Positions 8,973-17,321 of a DNA stretch of 64,000 nucleotides are shown here, one piece after another. Position numbers and translations under genes: made by a program. Position 1 is the first letter of the stretch. Every line of letters begins with the position of its first letter. The notes below the pieces were generated by a model. The model was not told the origin of the DNA, ran no database searches, and was given only the letters and a program-made list of their open reading frames with translations. Origin of the DNA: an uncultured Gammaproteobacteria bacterium (GTDB taxonomy: Bacteria; Patescibacteriota; Microgenomatia; CAZETR01; Amesbacteraceae); NCBI GenBank assembly GCA_964502885.1, contig CAZCXU010000001.1:93352-157351 (forward strand), in the 5' to 3' direction.

Positions 8973-9404
8973 CTAATTCGCGTCTAAACATCGGTTTACC
9001 AAAGCATCCGGGGCGAAATTCTGTTCACGGGGAATATGGTTAAAACTGACCTGAACATGATGTCTTGTAGAAAGGGAATTCAGCTGGCTTTTGACTTGGG
9101 ACGCTAGTTGCTGCAATGAATGATCTTTGATGCGATAAACCCCATTTAATTGGTTAACTATCAATTGCGAATCCAAATAAATTGAAATGTGTGAAACAGG
9201 ATTTCCCGGTAGAGCAGTGGCCAACCAAGACAGAGCAAGGAGTACGCCGCGATACTCGGCTTGATTGTTGGTAGTTGTACCCAAATATTGATAGTCACTG
9301 AAAATGACTTTTCCGGAGATGTTGGCGGCAACAAAAGCACAGGCTGATGGGCCAGGGTTCCCTCTGGATCCACCATCACAATTTATGGCGATGTGTCCAT
9401 TCAT
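8973..9404 (-). CDS. rnhA: Ribonuclease H (type 1 fold)
   Basis: INCDGGSRGNPGPSACAFV ... NNQAEYRGVLLAL ... IYLDSQLIVNQ ... PREQNFAPDALV places the DEDD catalytic-residue pattern typical of RNase HI family proteins. Confidence 0.85.
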   Translation of the reverse strand: MNGHIAINCDGGSRGNPGPSACAFVAANISGKVIFSDYQYLGTTTNNQAEYRGVLLALSWLATALPGNPVSHISIYLDSQLIVNQLNGVYRIKDHSLQQLASQVKSQLNSLSTRHHVQVSFNHIPREQNFAPDALVNRCLDAN

Positions 9405-9508
9405 AGATTTTTCGGCGATCGTACAGTCTCGCTGTGTTTTTTCTGTCGAGATAATATTTTTGATTTTATATTAAAGAGTCAATATATACTGGTCGAAATG
9501 TTATTTTG

Positions 9509-10735
9509 TTATCGGTTAGCTGTTTTAATAGTTTCCTGCTGTTTTGAACCCACGACAGATAAGCCTGTCAGAATCATAATTAAAAGAAAATTTTGATGTG
9601 AGGTTAACCAATAGTGATCAAAAAATCCACTAAAAAGGATGAATGTCCAAGAAAAAAGGTGGTTGACAGATAAATTGTGCATCAGCTTCGCGATGCCCCA
9701 GCATAAAGTGACTATCACCACCAGAAATGGAATAACCCCCAATTCAGTGATTAGCAGTAGATAAGTGTTGTGTATAGGCTGCGAGGACACAGCGTAAATA
9801 TTTGGGAAGGAATTGATTGACACATAGACGTAAGCCCCCAGTCCAGTCCCCCAAACAGGATATTTATTTATCAGGTTTTGCCAAATAGGAAGCTGATTTA
9901 GGCGACCAGATAATGATAGCGGGCGAAGCTGAATCCAAACTTGAACAATAAGACCCAAAACAATCATGCAGACAAAAAGCAATTTGGGACGATGTGTGCA
10001 TGTTAACAAACAAAACGATAATAATGCCGCCACCACCGTACCAAATGACCCAGTCAAAAAAATCGCCAACAGACCCAGCAGAATAACAAAATGAGTAAAC
10101 CCTTTTTTTTGAACCGAATGTGTGTGTTTAGGAAAAAGTAACATCAAGCAGACAGCCAAAAAGCCGGCCAGGGCGTTTGGATGGGGAAATGTGGCGTAAG
10201 ATCGAAGATGTGTACCAAAGTACGGGAGTGTATGTTTGGCGACTGCTGAGGAGGATAATGACAAAGGTCGTTCTCCCAGATAATAGAGAAGTCCACCCAC
10301 TTCACCAGACAAGTAGAACTGAGAGACTGACAATAAAGATAACCAAAGTACTGTAAAGGGCAAGATGCGGAAAAATACTTTTGAAAAATAATCCGCAGAA
10401 AGCACATAGGAATATATAAAGCATAAATACAGGAAAAATATTGTTACCTTGTACAGAGATAACAGAGGCACTCTTGATGTGTTTAATACAAATAGCAGGA
10501 TAGCGATGAACAGTAAAACCACGACTCGAAATCTTTGACGGAAAAAAGTGGGATTACGAGGTAGTCGAATTAAGAGAATTAGCATAACCAAAAGATCGAC
10601 AAAGTAGATAGCAGGCGAGAGATAATCTACCGGAAGGCCGAATGGATGCGAAAAATTTGGCCATAAGTGATAAGCCAACTGAGAAGGAAAAATCAGAACA
10701 AAAAGACCAAACAGAAATCGCTCTAGTTTATACAT
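9509..10735 (-). CDS. O-antigen ligase / Wzy_C-like polytopic membrane protein
   Basis: 408 aa with more than 10 hydrophobic helices. It contains the Wzy_C-like loop GTGLGAYVYV...SQPIHNTYLLLITELGVIPFLVVI. Confidence 0.7.
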   Translation of the reverse strand: MYKLERFLFGLFVLIFPSQLAYHLWPNFSHPFGLPVDYLSPAIYFVDLLVMLILLIRLPRNPTFFRQRFRVVVLLFIAILLFVLNTSRVPLLSLYKVTIFFLYLCFIYSYVLSADYFSKVFFRILPFTVLWLSLLSVSQFYLSGEVGGLLYYLGERPLSLSSSAVAKHTLPYFGTHLRSYATFPHPNALAGFLAVCLMLLFPKHTHSVQKKGFTHFVILLGLLAIFLTGSFGTVVAALLSFCLLTCTHRPKLLFVCMIVLGLIVQVWIQLRPLSLSGRLNQLPIWQNLINKYPVWGTGLGAYVYVSINSFPNIYAVSSQPIHNTYLLLITELGVIPFLVVIVTLCWGIAKLMHNLSVNHLFSWTFILFSGFFDHYWLTSHQNFLLIMILTGLSVVGSKQQETIKTANR

Positions 10736-10742
10736 GAATAGG

Positions 10743-10800
10743 CCGATTATATAGTCATGTCAAAACAGAATGACTACATATCTTACACAAAACGAAAATT
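10743..10800 (-). terminator. Two hairpins downstream of jag (possible operon terminators, no clear U tract)
   Basis: The first pairs TAGTCAT (10743..10749) with ATGACTA (10761..10767). The second pairs ACAAAAC (10778..10784) with GTTTTGT (10794..10800). Confidence 0.3.
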
Positions 10801-10838
10801 TTGTTTTGTGGTCGCTATAGTCTGAGAGGAAAAAACCA

Positions 10839-11300
10839 CTAAGCCTTGGCTGAAACGATGACACTACGGCTTCGACCAGTACCCTGAGAAGATGTGTCTA
10901 CGCGCGGGTGGTTGGCTAAATACAAATGGACAATGCGGCGCTCAGAAGCGGGCATGGGAGGCAAAGAGTGAGGTTGTCCGGTGGCAATAACCCGAGACAC
11001 TGCAGTATCGGCGAGGGAGTGGAGAGTAAACTGGCGGCGTTCACGATAGTCATTAACATTGACAGAAAGATTAAACCATTGCGAGTATTTGGCATGAAGA
11101 TGTTGGTTGAGAATCAACTGCATCGCACCAAGATTTTCTCCATGATAACCAATAAGAAGAGAAGGATTTTCGGTTTGAAGAAGAATCTGATAGGTGTCTG
11201 TTTCCTTGTCGTAATTCACTGTAGCGGTGACGTCAATAGAAAAGCCAAGATGTGCAAGAAGCTCCTGGGCTTGGGCCAAAACATTCGATGTGTGATCCAT
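10839..11300 (-). CDS. jag: Jag/KhpB-like RNA-binding protein (KH + R3H domains)
   Basis: The C-terminal R3H-like segment is PMPASERRIVHLYLANHPRVDTSSQGTGRSRSVIV. It sits immediately after yidC, as in the canonical origin-proximal operon. Confidence 0.8.
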   Translation of the reverse strand: MDHTSNVLAQAQELLAHLGFSIDVTATVNYDKETDTYQILLQTENPSLLIGYHGENLGAMQLILNQHLHAKYSQWFNLSVNVNDYRERRQFTLHSLADTAVSRVIATGQPHSLPPMPASERRIVHLYLANHPRVDTSSQGTGRSRSVIVSAKA

Positions 11301-11301
11301 T

Positions 11302-12126
11302 TTAGTCGGCTGATTTTAGCAAATTAAATCGTTTTAGCCAAGGTTTGAGCCCGCCCAATCCCGTGATAGAGTATTGCTGCATTGCTCCGGTCAGGGAAAA
11401 AACAAACCAATAAATTACCAGCCCAGCCTGAAATTGATACCCTACTACGAGGGTCATAAGCGGGAAAAGATAGACCATCTGGCGCTGTGCCTCTACTATT
11501 GCATCGTCGGACGACTCAGGTGTGCCATCGGCAATTTTTTTTGCTTTGGCGACTACAGGGGAAAGCATTAGGGAACTGATCAGTTGAGTGACTGCAGACA
11601 GAAAGAGAAACAGTCCAGGAATCGGGAGGGGGACGCCAGGTATATGAAAGACGTCGGCCCTGGTAAGATCCATATATAAGAAATCAGTAGTAAGCTTAAA
11701 ATCAGAGGGGAGTTGATTGAAGGAATACAACTTATCACCGATTTCTGTCGCAATTTTTGAGGGATCTGCTTTGAGCACGATATTAAATACTGAGAAGAGA
11801 GCAATGAGTATGAGTATCTGAATTATCTGAGGCAAGCAACCTGAAGCTGGATTAAGTCCGTGTTCTTTGAAAAGTTGGGCTTGAGCCAGCATAAGCCCTT
11901 GTTTGTCGTTTTTGTACTTTTCCTTGAGTTTGGTAATTTCGGGGGCCAATTCCTGAGTTTTTTTAGTTACTTTGAGTCCTGGTAAAACTAACGGGGTCAT
12001 CACTATGCGGAGAGCGATTGTAAGCAAAATTATTGCTACACCCAAATTTCCGGTCAGTTGAAGGAAAAAAAATAAGGCGTTGAGCAACGGCTGTGTGAGT
12101 AAAGCGTCCCAAAGAGGTGCAAACAT
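11302..12126 (-). CDS. yidC: Membrane protein insertase YidC (short Gram-positive-type form)
   Basis: VAIILLTIALRIVMTPLVLPGLKVTKKTQELAPEITKLKEKYKNDKQGL...HGLNPASGCLPQIIQILILIALF is the typical YidC/Oxa1 core. It sits in the operon with yidD, rnpA and rpmH. Confidence 0.92.
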   Translation of the reverse strand: MFAPLWDALLTQPLLNALFFFLQLTGNLGVAIILLTIALRIVMTPLVLPGLKVTKKTQELAPEITKLKEKYKNDKQGLMLAQAQLFKEHGLNPASGCLPQIIQILILIALFSVFNIVLKADPSKIATEIGDKLYSFNQLPSDFKLTTDFLYMDLTRADVFHIPGVPLPIPGLFLFLSAVTQLISSLMLSPVVAKAKKIADGTPESSDDAIVEAQRQMVYLFPLMTLVVGYQFQAGLVIYWFVFSLTGAMQQYSITGLGGLKPWLKRFNLLKSAD

Positions 12127-12131
12127 AGTGA

Positions 12132-12338
12132 TTATGGAAGGGGGTCAAATCCGCCAGGGTGCCATGGATGGCAGCGAATAATTCTAAGAACACCCAACCA
12201 AACTCCGTGAAGGATACCATATTTTTCTATGGCTTGATAGGCGTAGCGAGAACAGGTCGGCTGAAATCGACAACCTAACCCTTTATGTGATAGGTATTTC
12301 TGGTAAAAGACTATGGATGAGAGCAGTAATTTGCGCAT
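12132..12338 (-). CDS. yidD: Membrane protein insertion efficiency factor YidD
   Basis: [60 protein letters not shown] is a near-textbook YidD sequence. Confidence 0.92.
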   Translation of the reverse strand: MRKLLLSSIVFYQKYLSHKGLGCRFQPTCSRYAYQAIEKYGILHGVWLGVLRIIRCHPWHPGGFDPLP

Positions 12339-12624
12339 GGGACAACCTGAGACAGGCTGGTTTGGGATAAATAATAATATCTAAGCCTTGATCTGGAATT
12401 ATTTCTGCAATCTCATGATATAAAATCCGACGAAGGCGATTTCTTTGAACAGCTTTTCTGGCAAGCTTTGCCGAGGTGACAACGCTATAACGATTTTGAT
12501 CTCCTGAATTCAGACCAGTCCTTTTGCTTATCAATAAACTTATCGATGGGAATGAAAGATTTCTCCCTGACGACTTGACCTGCAAAAAACTCTTACGGGA
12601 AAGTCTATAAATTCGAGGAGGCAT
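12283..12624 (-). CDS. rnpA: Ribonuclease P protein component
   Basis: A 113-aa basic protein located between rpmH and yidD. The segment [20 protein letters not shown] is the RNR-like motif of RnpA. Its 3' end overlaps the yidD start by 56 nt. Confidence 0.8.
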   Translation of the reverse strand: MPPRIYRLSRKSFLQVKSSGRNLSFPSISLLISKRTGLNSGDQNRYSVVTSAKLARKAVQRNRLRRILYHEIAEIIPDQGLDIIIYPKPACLRLSHAQITALIHSLLPEIPIT

Positions 12625-12633
12625 GCAAAGTCT

Positions 12634-12768
12634 TTAAGCTGTTAGGCGGCGGCGGCCAACTGCGCGACGGCGCTTAAGAACGTTGCGGCCAGTTCGGCTG
12701 CTCATACGACTACGAAATCCGTGCTTTCGGGCACGCTTGATCTTTTTCGGCTGAAAGGTGTGTTTCAT
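12634..12768 (-). CDS. rpmH: 50S ribosomal protein L34 (below the ORF-track size cutoff)
   Basis: The reverse-strand ORF reads ATG(12768)...TAA(12634) and translates to [44 protein letters not shown] (44 aa). This is a canonical L34 sequence in the canonical position upstream of rnpA. Confidence 0.92.
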   Translation of the reverse strand: MKHTFQPKKIKRARKHGFRSRMSSRTGRNVLKRRRAVGRRRLTA

Positions 12769-12916
12769 TGCCATAACGTGGCTATTATATCATTCCAGAA
12801 TCTGGTTATGTCAAAATAGAATAGCCAGATATTTTATATAAAAAATCTGGAATTTGTGTTTGTGCTCGCTATGGTTCTTGACGGATTGTGGATAACTGGT
12901 ATAAGAGTGGCAGTGT

Positions 12917-14275
12917 ATGGATAAGGAAAAAACCTGGACAAGTGTACTCGCGTCCCTAAAAACTGAAGTGTCTGAGGGAATTTTTAACACCTATCTGAAA
13001 AATACTCACATTGTAGACATCCAGGAAAATGATCAACGAACAATTTTTGAAATAGGATGCAACTCCACATTTATAAGAAACACATTAGACCTTCGCTATC
13101 ACGGACAAATTGCTAGGGAATTATCCAGAGTAACAGGCAAAACAGCAGAGGTGGTAATTAAAGTTGCGGAAAAGAAAATTGAACTTGATGAAAAAGGAAC
13201 TCTTTTTGAGACACCCAAGGCCACCGTTTTTTCTGATGCATGGAGAAAGGCCAACCTGAAAGCTGACTTTACCTTTGAAAATTATGCTGTGTCCGGAAGC
13301 AACCAGATGGCGTATGCGGCCGCACAGGCCGTGGCGAAAAAATTGGGAGAAACATACAATCCATTGTTTATATACGGTGGGGTGGGGGTGGGGAAAACAC
13401 ATTTAATGCAAGCGATAGGTCACGAAGCCTTGCGAAATTCAAATGGACAGGTATTGTTTTGTTCCGGAGAGGAATTTACGAATGACCTAGTCGAAGCTAT
13501 TAGATTTAAAACTACGGATAAAGTTAGATCAAAGTATCGCAAAGTAAAACTTCTCATGATTGATGATGTGCAATTTATTGCCGGAAAACCCACAGTGCAG
13601 GAAGAATTTTTCCATACGTTTAACGCTATACAGCGCGACGGGGGTCAGGTCGTTATGACATCAGATAAGCCCCCCGGAGAAATTGCCAAGCTAGAGGAAA
13701 GGCTGAGAAGCCGGTTTGGGGCTGGCTTAATTGTCGACGTAGGGCCGGCAGACTTTGAATTGAGATCTGCAATTGTTCTAATTAAAGCCAAACAAAGAAA
13801 CATGGAAATCTCAATGGAAACAGCTCAAACGATTGCGGCAAATGTTACCGGAGTGCGAGAACTACAGGGGGCATTAATTAAACTGGAAACAGAAGAGCGA
13901 ATTCGGGGAAAAAAATTAGACATGGAGGAAATTTTGAAACTTTTGAATGTTCAAAACGAAGAAGCTATTAAATCCAGATTTATTACTCCAACTGAAGTCA
14001 TAAACCAGATCGGAAATTATTACGGAGTGGGCGTGCAACAACTTAAGGGTGAGAAAAGAACCAAGACGATTGTTTGGCCACGACAAATATTAATGTTTAT
14101 ATTACGCCACGATCTTAAACTACCATTGGAAGAAGTTGGAAGGCTGCTGGGAGGAAGAGACCACACCACAGTATTGCACGCCACAGACAAAGTCCGAGGG
14201 GAATTGGACCAGAACCATAAATTTGCAGCCGAAATGGCGGATGTTAAAAGAAAAATCTTTGGTGGTGGAGCATAA
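12917..14275 (+). CDS. dnaA: Chromosomal replication initiator protein DnaA
   Basis: Contains the AAA+ Walker A GGVGVGKTHLMQA, Walker B LLMIDDVQF, and the C-terminal DNA-binding domain (WPRQILMFILRHDLKLPLEEVGRLLGGRDHTTVLHA). Confidence 0.97.
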   Translation: MDKEKTWTSVLASLKTEVSEGIFNTYLKNTHIVDIQENDQRTIFEIGCNSTFIRNTLDLRYHGQIARELSRVTGKTAEVVIKVAEKKIELDEKGTLFETPKATVFSDAWRKANLKADFTFENYAVSGSNQMAYAAAQAVAKKLGETYNPLFIYGGVGVGKTHLMQAIGHEALRNSNGQVLFCSGEEFTNDLVEAIRFKTTDKVRSKYRKVKLLMIDDVQFIAGKPTVQEEFFHTFNAIQRDGGQVVMTSDKPPGEIAKLEERLRSRFGAGLIVDVGPADFELRSAIVLIKAKQRNMEISMETAQTIAANVTGVRELQGALIKLETEERIRGKKLDMEEILKLLNVQNEEAIKSRFITPTEVINQIGNYYGVGVQQLKGEKRTKTIVWPRQILMFILRHDLKLPLEEVGRLLGGRDHTTVLHATDKVRGELDQNHKFAAEMADVKRKIFGGGA

Positions 14276-14528
14276 CGACATGAACAATTTGTGGACAAAG
14301 TGTGTGCGGGCAGGGGATGGGAGGAAAAAACTTGTGAATAAACACAATAAGTTGTTCACACCTAGTGGATTTTTTTTAATTTATCCACAATAATGTGCAC
14401 AAGTTTACATAGTAGGTTTTACACAAGAAATTAACCCGAAAGTTGAGTGCGATAATGCAAAATAATCAACTTATCCACAATACCTACTACTGAGACGACT
14501 ATTTTAGATATAAAAATATCGATACCGA
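14276..14528. other. Probable oriC (DnaA-box cluster plus AT-rich unwinding region)
   Basis: Perfect TTATCCACA boxes lie at 14381..14389 and 14471..14479. One-mismatch boxes are TGTGGACAA (14290..14298, reverse) and TGTGAATAA (14333..14341, reverse). Two-mismatch boxes lie at 14352..14360 and 14394..14402. An AT-rich stretch ATTTTAGATATAAAAATATCGATA lies at about 14501..14525. A further perfect box (TGTGGATAA, reverse) at 12887..12895 sits upstream of dnaA. Confidence 0.7.
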
Positions 14529-15647
14529 ATGAAAACAACAGTTTTACAAAGTGATCTGGCAAAATGTTTGGGAACAGTCAGCAGAGTGATACCCAGCAGA
14601 GGGCAGTTGCCTGTGTTGGCAAATGTGCTATTGGAGGCACGCAAAGATGGATTGACCCTAGTAGCAACAAATCTGGAACTTGGAATTCGTGTAATGGTGG
14701 GGGGAAAGATTGAGGAGGAGGGTGACATAACTATTCCGGCGAAAAACTTAACTGAATTTGTATCATCGTTGCCTGCAGGGAGCGTTGATCTATCGACTGA
14801 TGGGGAGAAGATGCTTATTAAGGGCGGAAAGCTATCTGCGACCTTTACAGGGATTTCAGCGATGGAATTTCCGGTGGTACCAAAGATCGAAAGTGTACAA
14901 GGTGGACGAATAGTAAAGATTAAAAGGGCGATGATGGAAAAAGTTGCAAAACAAGTTGCTTTTGCTGCAGCTACAGATGAGAGTAGGCCAGTTTTGACAG
15001 GTGTGGTTTTTATGAGTGAGGGAAATATATTGAAAATTACGGCAAGTGATGGATTTCGATTGAGCAGGAGATTTATTGAGATGGAAAGGGGGTTATGGTT
15101 ATCGGATAAAAGGTTGATTCTTCCGGCAAGAACACTATTGGAGATGTCAAGAATTGCAGCAGAGGGTAAAAAGGAAGAGATTGAGATGGCTGAAATAGCT
15201 GAGAATAACCAGGTTATTATGGCTTACGATGGAATTCAGCTTACATCGCGGATACTGGAGGGTAATTTTCCTGATGTAGAAAAGATTATTCCCGTGGATA
15301 CCAGAACAAAGATTACTCTTGATAGGCAGGAAATGCTGCGGGCGGTTAAGGCAGTGGGGATATTTGCAAGGGACAGTTCGAATATTATCAGGCTTAGAAT
15401 TCAAGATGGCGGGATGATGGTGGAGGCAAGCGCTACTCAGACAGGAGAGAGCACTGTTGAATTGGAAGGGGAGAAGACTGGAGACGATGGACAGATTGCT
15501 TTCAATTACCGGTTTGTGTTGGACTTTTTGAATAGTGTGGATAGTGAGAGAGTTACCTTTGGAATGAATGACAGCCTGGCCTCAGGGTTGTTTGGAATTG
15601 ATGGTGACAATGAATTGCTGCACTTGATAATGCCGGTAAGAGTCTAA
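14529..15647 (+). CDS. dnaN: DNA polymerase III subunit beta (sliding clamp)
   Basis: 372 aa, beginning MKTTVLQSDLAKCLGTVSRVIPSRGQLPVLANVLLEA and ending LMPVRV. The position after dnaA and the three-domain length are typical. Confidence 0.95.
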   Translation: MKTTVLQSDLAKCLGTVSRVIPSRGQLPVLANVLLEARKDGLTLVATNLELGIRVMVGGKIEEEGDITIPAKNLTEFVSSLPAGSVDLSTDGEKMLIKGGKLSATFTGISAMEFPVVPKIESVQGGRIVKIKRAMMEKVAKQVAFAAATDESRPVLTGVVFMSEGNILKITASDGFRLSRRFIEMERGLWLSDKRLILPARTLLEMSRIAAEGKKEEIEMAEIAENNQVIMAYDGIQLTSRILEGNFPDVEKIIPVDTRTKITLDRQEMLRAVKAVGIFARDSSNIIRLRIQDGGMMVEASATQTGESTVELEGEKTGDDGQIAFNYRFVLDFLNSVDSERVTFGMNDSLASGLFGIDGDNELLHLIMPVRV

Positions 15648-16150
15648 TGCTCTCTCTCTGAACTATTTATGACGTCCCCTATTGGTGGTGATTGGGCTGG
15701 GGTAAAAGTCATAATAAAAGGTTCCTGAATATTGGGCACACGAAGATTAATCGTGTATTTCTGGTTCAGTTTCCAAGGTTGATTGGGCGTAAAATAAATT
15801 GTCATTCTATTTTTATGAATAATCTTTTTGAATGAAATTCCAGAATTTGAGACGATGATTAATTTGTCTATTTCTGAAAGAGTCAGAGGGCGGTTGAATG
15901 CGTAATATATGGCTGTAGTAGATCCTGCAATGGCGGGTTTGTTGGTTACCGGAGAGGTGTAAGTAAGTTTAAGTGGTATGTTTGGATCGATTGTGGGTGA
16001 AATAGTCGCTTGTGGCGGAGTAACTTGCACATTATTCGGAAGGAGGGAATTGTTGGTGGCAGGCTGAGAATCAGCAAAAAAAGAAGCAATACCAAGAACA
16101 ATGATTATGGTTACTAATGTAGTGATAATTTTTTTGATTTTGGAATTCAT
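15644..16150 (-). CDS. Hypothetical membrane-anchored exoprotein (possible Ig-like fold)
   Basis: 168 aa with an N-terminal TM (IITTLVTIIIVLGIASFF), a P/T-rich linker and a beta-rich C-terminal region. It is the last gene of the minus-strand T4SS-like gene string. Its stop overlaps the dnaN stop by 4 nt (convergent). Confidence 0.55.
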   Translation of the reverse strand: MNSKIKKIITTLVTIIIVLGIASFFADSQPATNNSLLPNNVQVTPPQATISPTIDPNIPLKLTYTSPVTNKPAIAGSTTAIYYAFNRPLTLSEIDKLIIVSNSGISFKKIIHKNRMTIYFTPNQPWKLNQKYTINLRVPNIQEPFIMTFTPAQSPPIGDVINSSEREH

Positions 16151-16161
16151 ATTGTAATATT

Positions 16162-17028
16162 TTAACCACCGCAGAAATAATTTTCAGGACGAACCCAAAC
16201 TCCGTCTATCTGTGCCTCTAGGTGAAGGTGTGTATTGTTTCCCTGATCAAATAGTGCGGTAACAACTGTACCAGATATGGCATCTGTAGCGTAGGAAGAT
16301 GGCACCATAACATGAGTAAGTACTAAGTGGACAGATGTTGTGCCAGACGTTGTGTCGCAGTAGATGGTATTTCCGACTGAACCATTGGCGAATCCGTAAC
16401 GACATGACCAATTTACACTGACACCGTTTACTTGTGGAAGGACCACTCTGGTATCAGAGGAGAATACGTCAGCTGCAAAACCATATTCTGAGCACGAAGC
16501 TCCTCCCCCGGGCTGGTTACAGCGATTTCCATCAGGTGGGGTGGAGGTCCGACAACCGGACCCTTGTGGTATAGAGTAACAACTACCTCCGTATACGTCT
16601 TCCCAGTAATAAGAACTACCGTGTCCTCCCGAGCGATTGTGTTCCTGTGTGGGATTGTAAGAACCAAGAGATATGACTCCTCCAGGGATAGGGCAACTGC
16701 TGGGGTCAGCAAAACCTCCTCCGGGATCAAAAACTCCACCACCTCCAAAGCCGAATCCAAAACGAGAAACCGGAGTTACGAATCCTGAGCTGTTAATTAC
16801 TATTACAGCCATTAGGATGAAGCCAAAAAATATCGCCGTTGCCAACAATGCGATGAAAGCTGTTCCCAGTAGAGTGACTGCGTCGGCAATAAGGTGTTTT
16901 TTGAAATCTGTACCAAATGTTAGAAGTTTGCCGTAAGAAAAGCTTGATATTTTGGTGATATTAATGCTAAAAGCTGATCGAAGGCGACCAATGAGAGGAT
17001 TTATGGGGCCAATAGATAAACTAGCCAT
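16162..17028 (-). CDS. Membrane-anchored, Cys-rich M23/LytM-like peptidase candidate
   Basis: Has a TM helix (LLGTAFIALLATAIFFGFILMAVIVI), a Gly-rich spacer and nine Cys residues. The C-terminus VLTHVMVP...NNTHLHLEAQIDGVWVRPENYF resembles the M23 HxH motif region, and GGHGSSYYWED is a possible HxxxD motif. Confidence 0.5.
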   Translation of the reverse strand: MASLSIGPINPLIGRLRSAFSINITKISSFSYGKLLTFGTDFKKHLIADAVTLLGTAFIALLATAIFFGFILMAVIVINSSGFVTPVSRFGFGFGGGGVFDPGGGFADPSSCPIPGGVISLGSYNPTQEHNRSGGHGSSYYWEDVYGGSCYSIPQGSGCRTSTPPDGNRCNQPGGGASCSEYGFAADVFSSDTRVVLPQVNGVSVNWSCRYGFANGSVGNTIYCDTTSGTTSVHLVLTHVMVPSSYATDAISGTVVTALFDQGNNTHLHLEAQIDGVWVRPENYFCGG

Positions 17029-17033
17029 TATTC

Positions 17034-17321
17034 TTAATGATGATTAATTTCTTCAAGTAATATGAGCGGAAGTTTGAGCAAATGATCCTTTTCTTCCTGA
17101 TAAGGGTCGGAGAAATGTTCATCTGTAGAGTGTGTTTCCACTTCGCGGCGAAGCTCTTCTGTGCTTTTGTGGAGGACCTGCCCAGCCCATTGCCAAAGCG
17201 GGTCAGCGTCTGTTTTGAACTGATCAAAATTATGACAGGAATTACAGATTTCAATTACGGCGTTTTCCAGACTGCTGACGACAGATGGATTTATGTAGTC
17301 AGGGTAGGCAAAAGTGTTCAT
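17034..17321 (-). CDS. Small acidic cytoplasmic hypothetical protein, translationally coupled to the VirB4-like gene
   Basis: 95 aa with no hydrophobic segment. Its start overlaps the VirB4-like stop by 4 nt. Confidence 0.5.
   Translation of the reverse strand: MNTFAYPDYINPSVVSSLENAVIEICNSCHNFDQFKTDADPLWQWAGQVLHKSTEELRREVETHSTDEHFSDPYQEEKDHLLKLPLILLEEINHH

Noticed and set aside
16428-16936. Alternative-frame ORFs within the M23-like gene (16428..16760 -, 16564..16788 +, 16673..16936 +)
   Set aside because: They arise from the Gly/Pro-rich, compositionally biased segment. Only the 288-aa frame has a TM anchor and the conserved C-terminal HLHLE motif.
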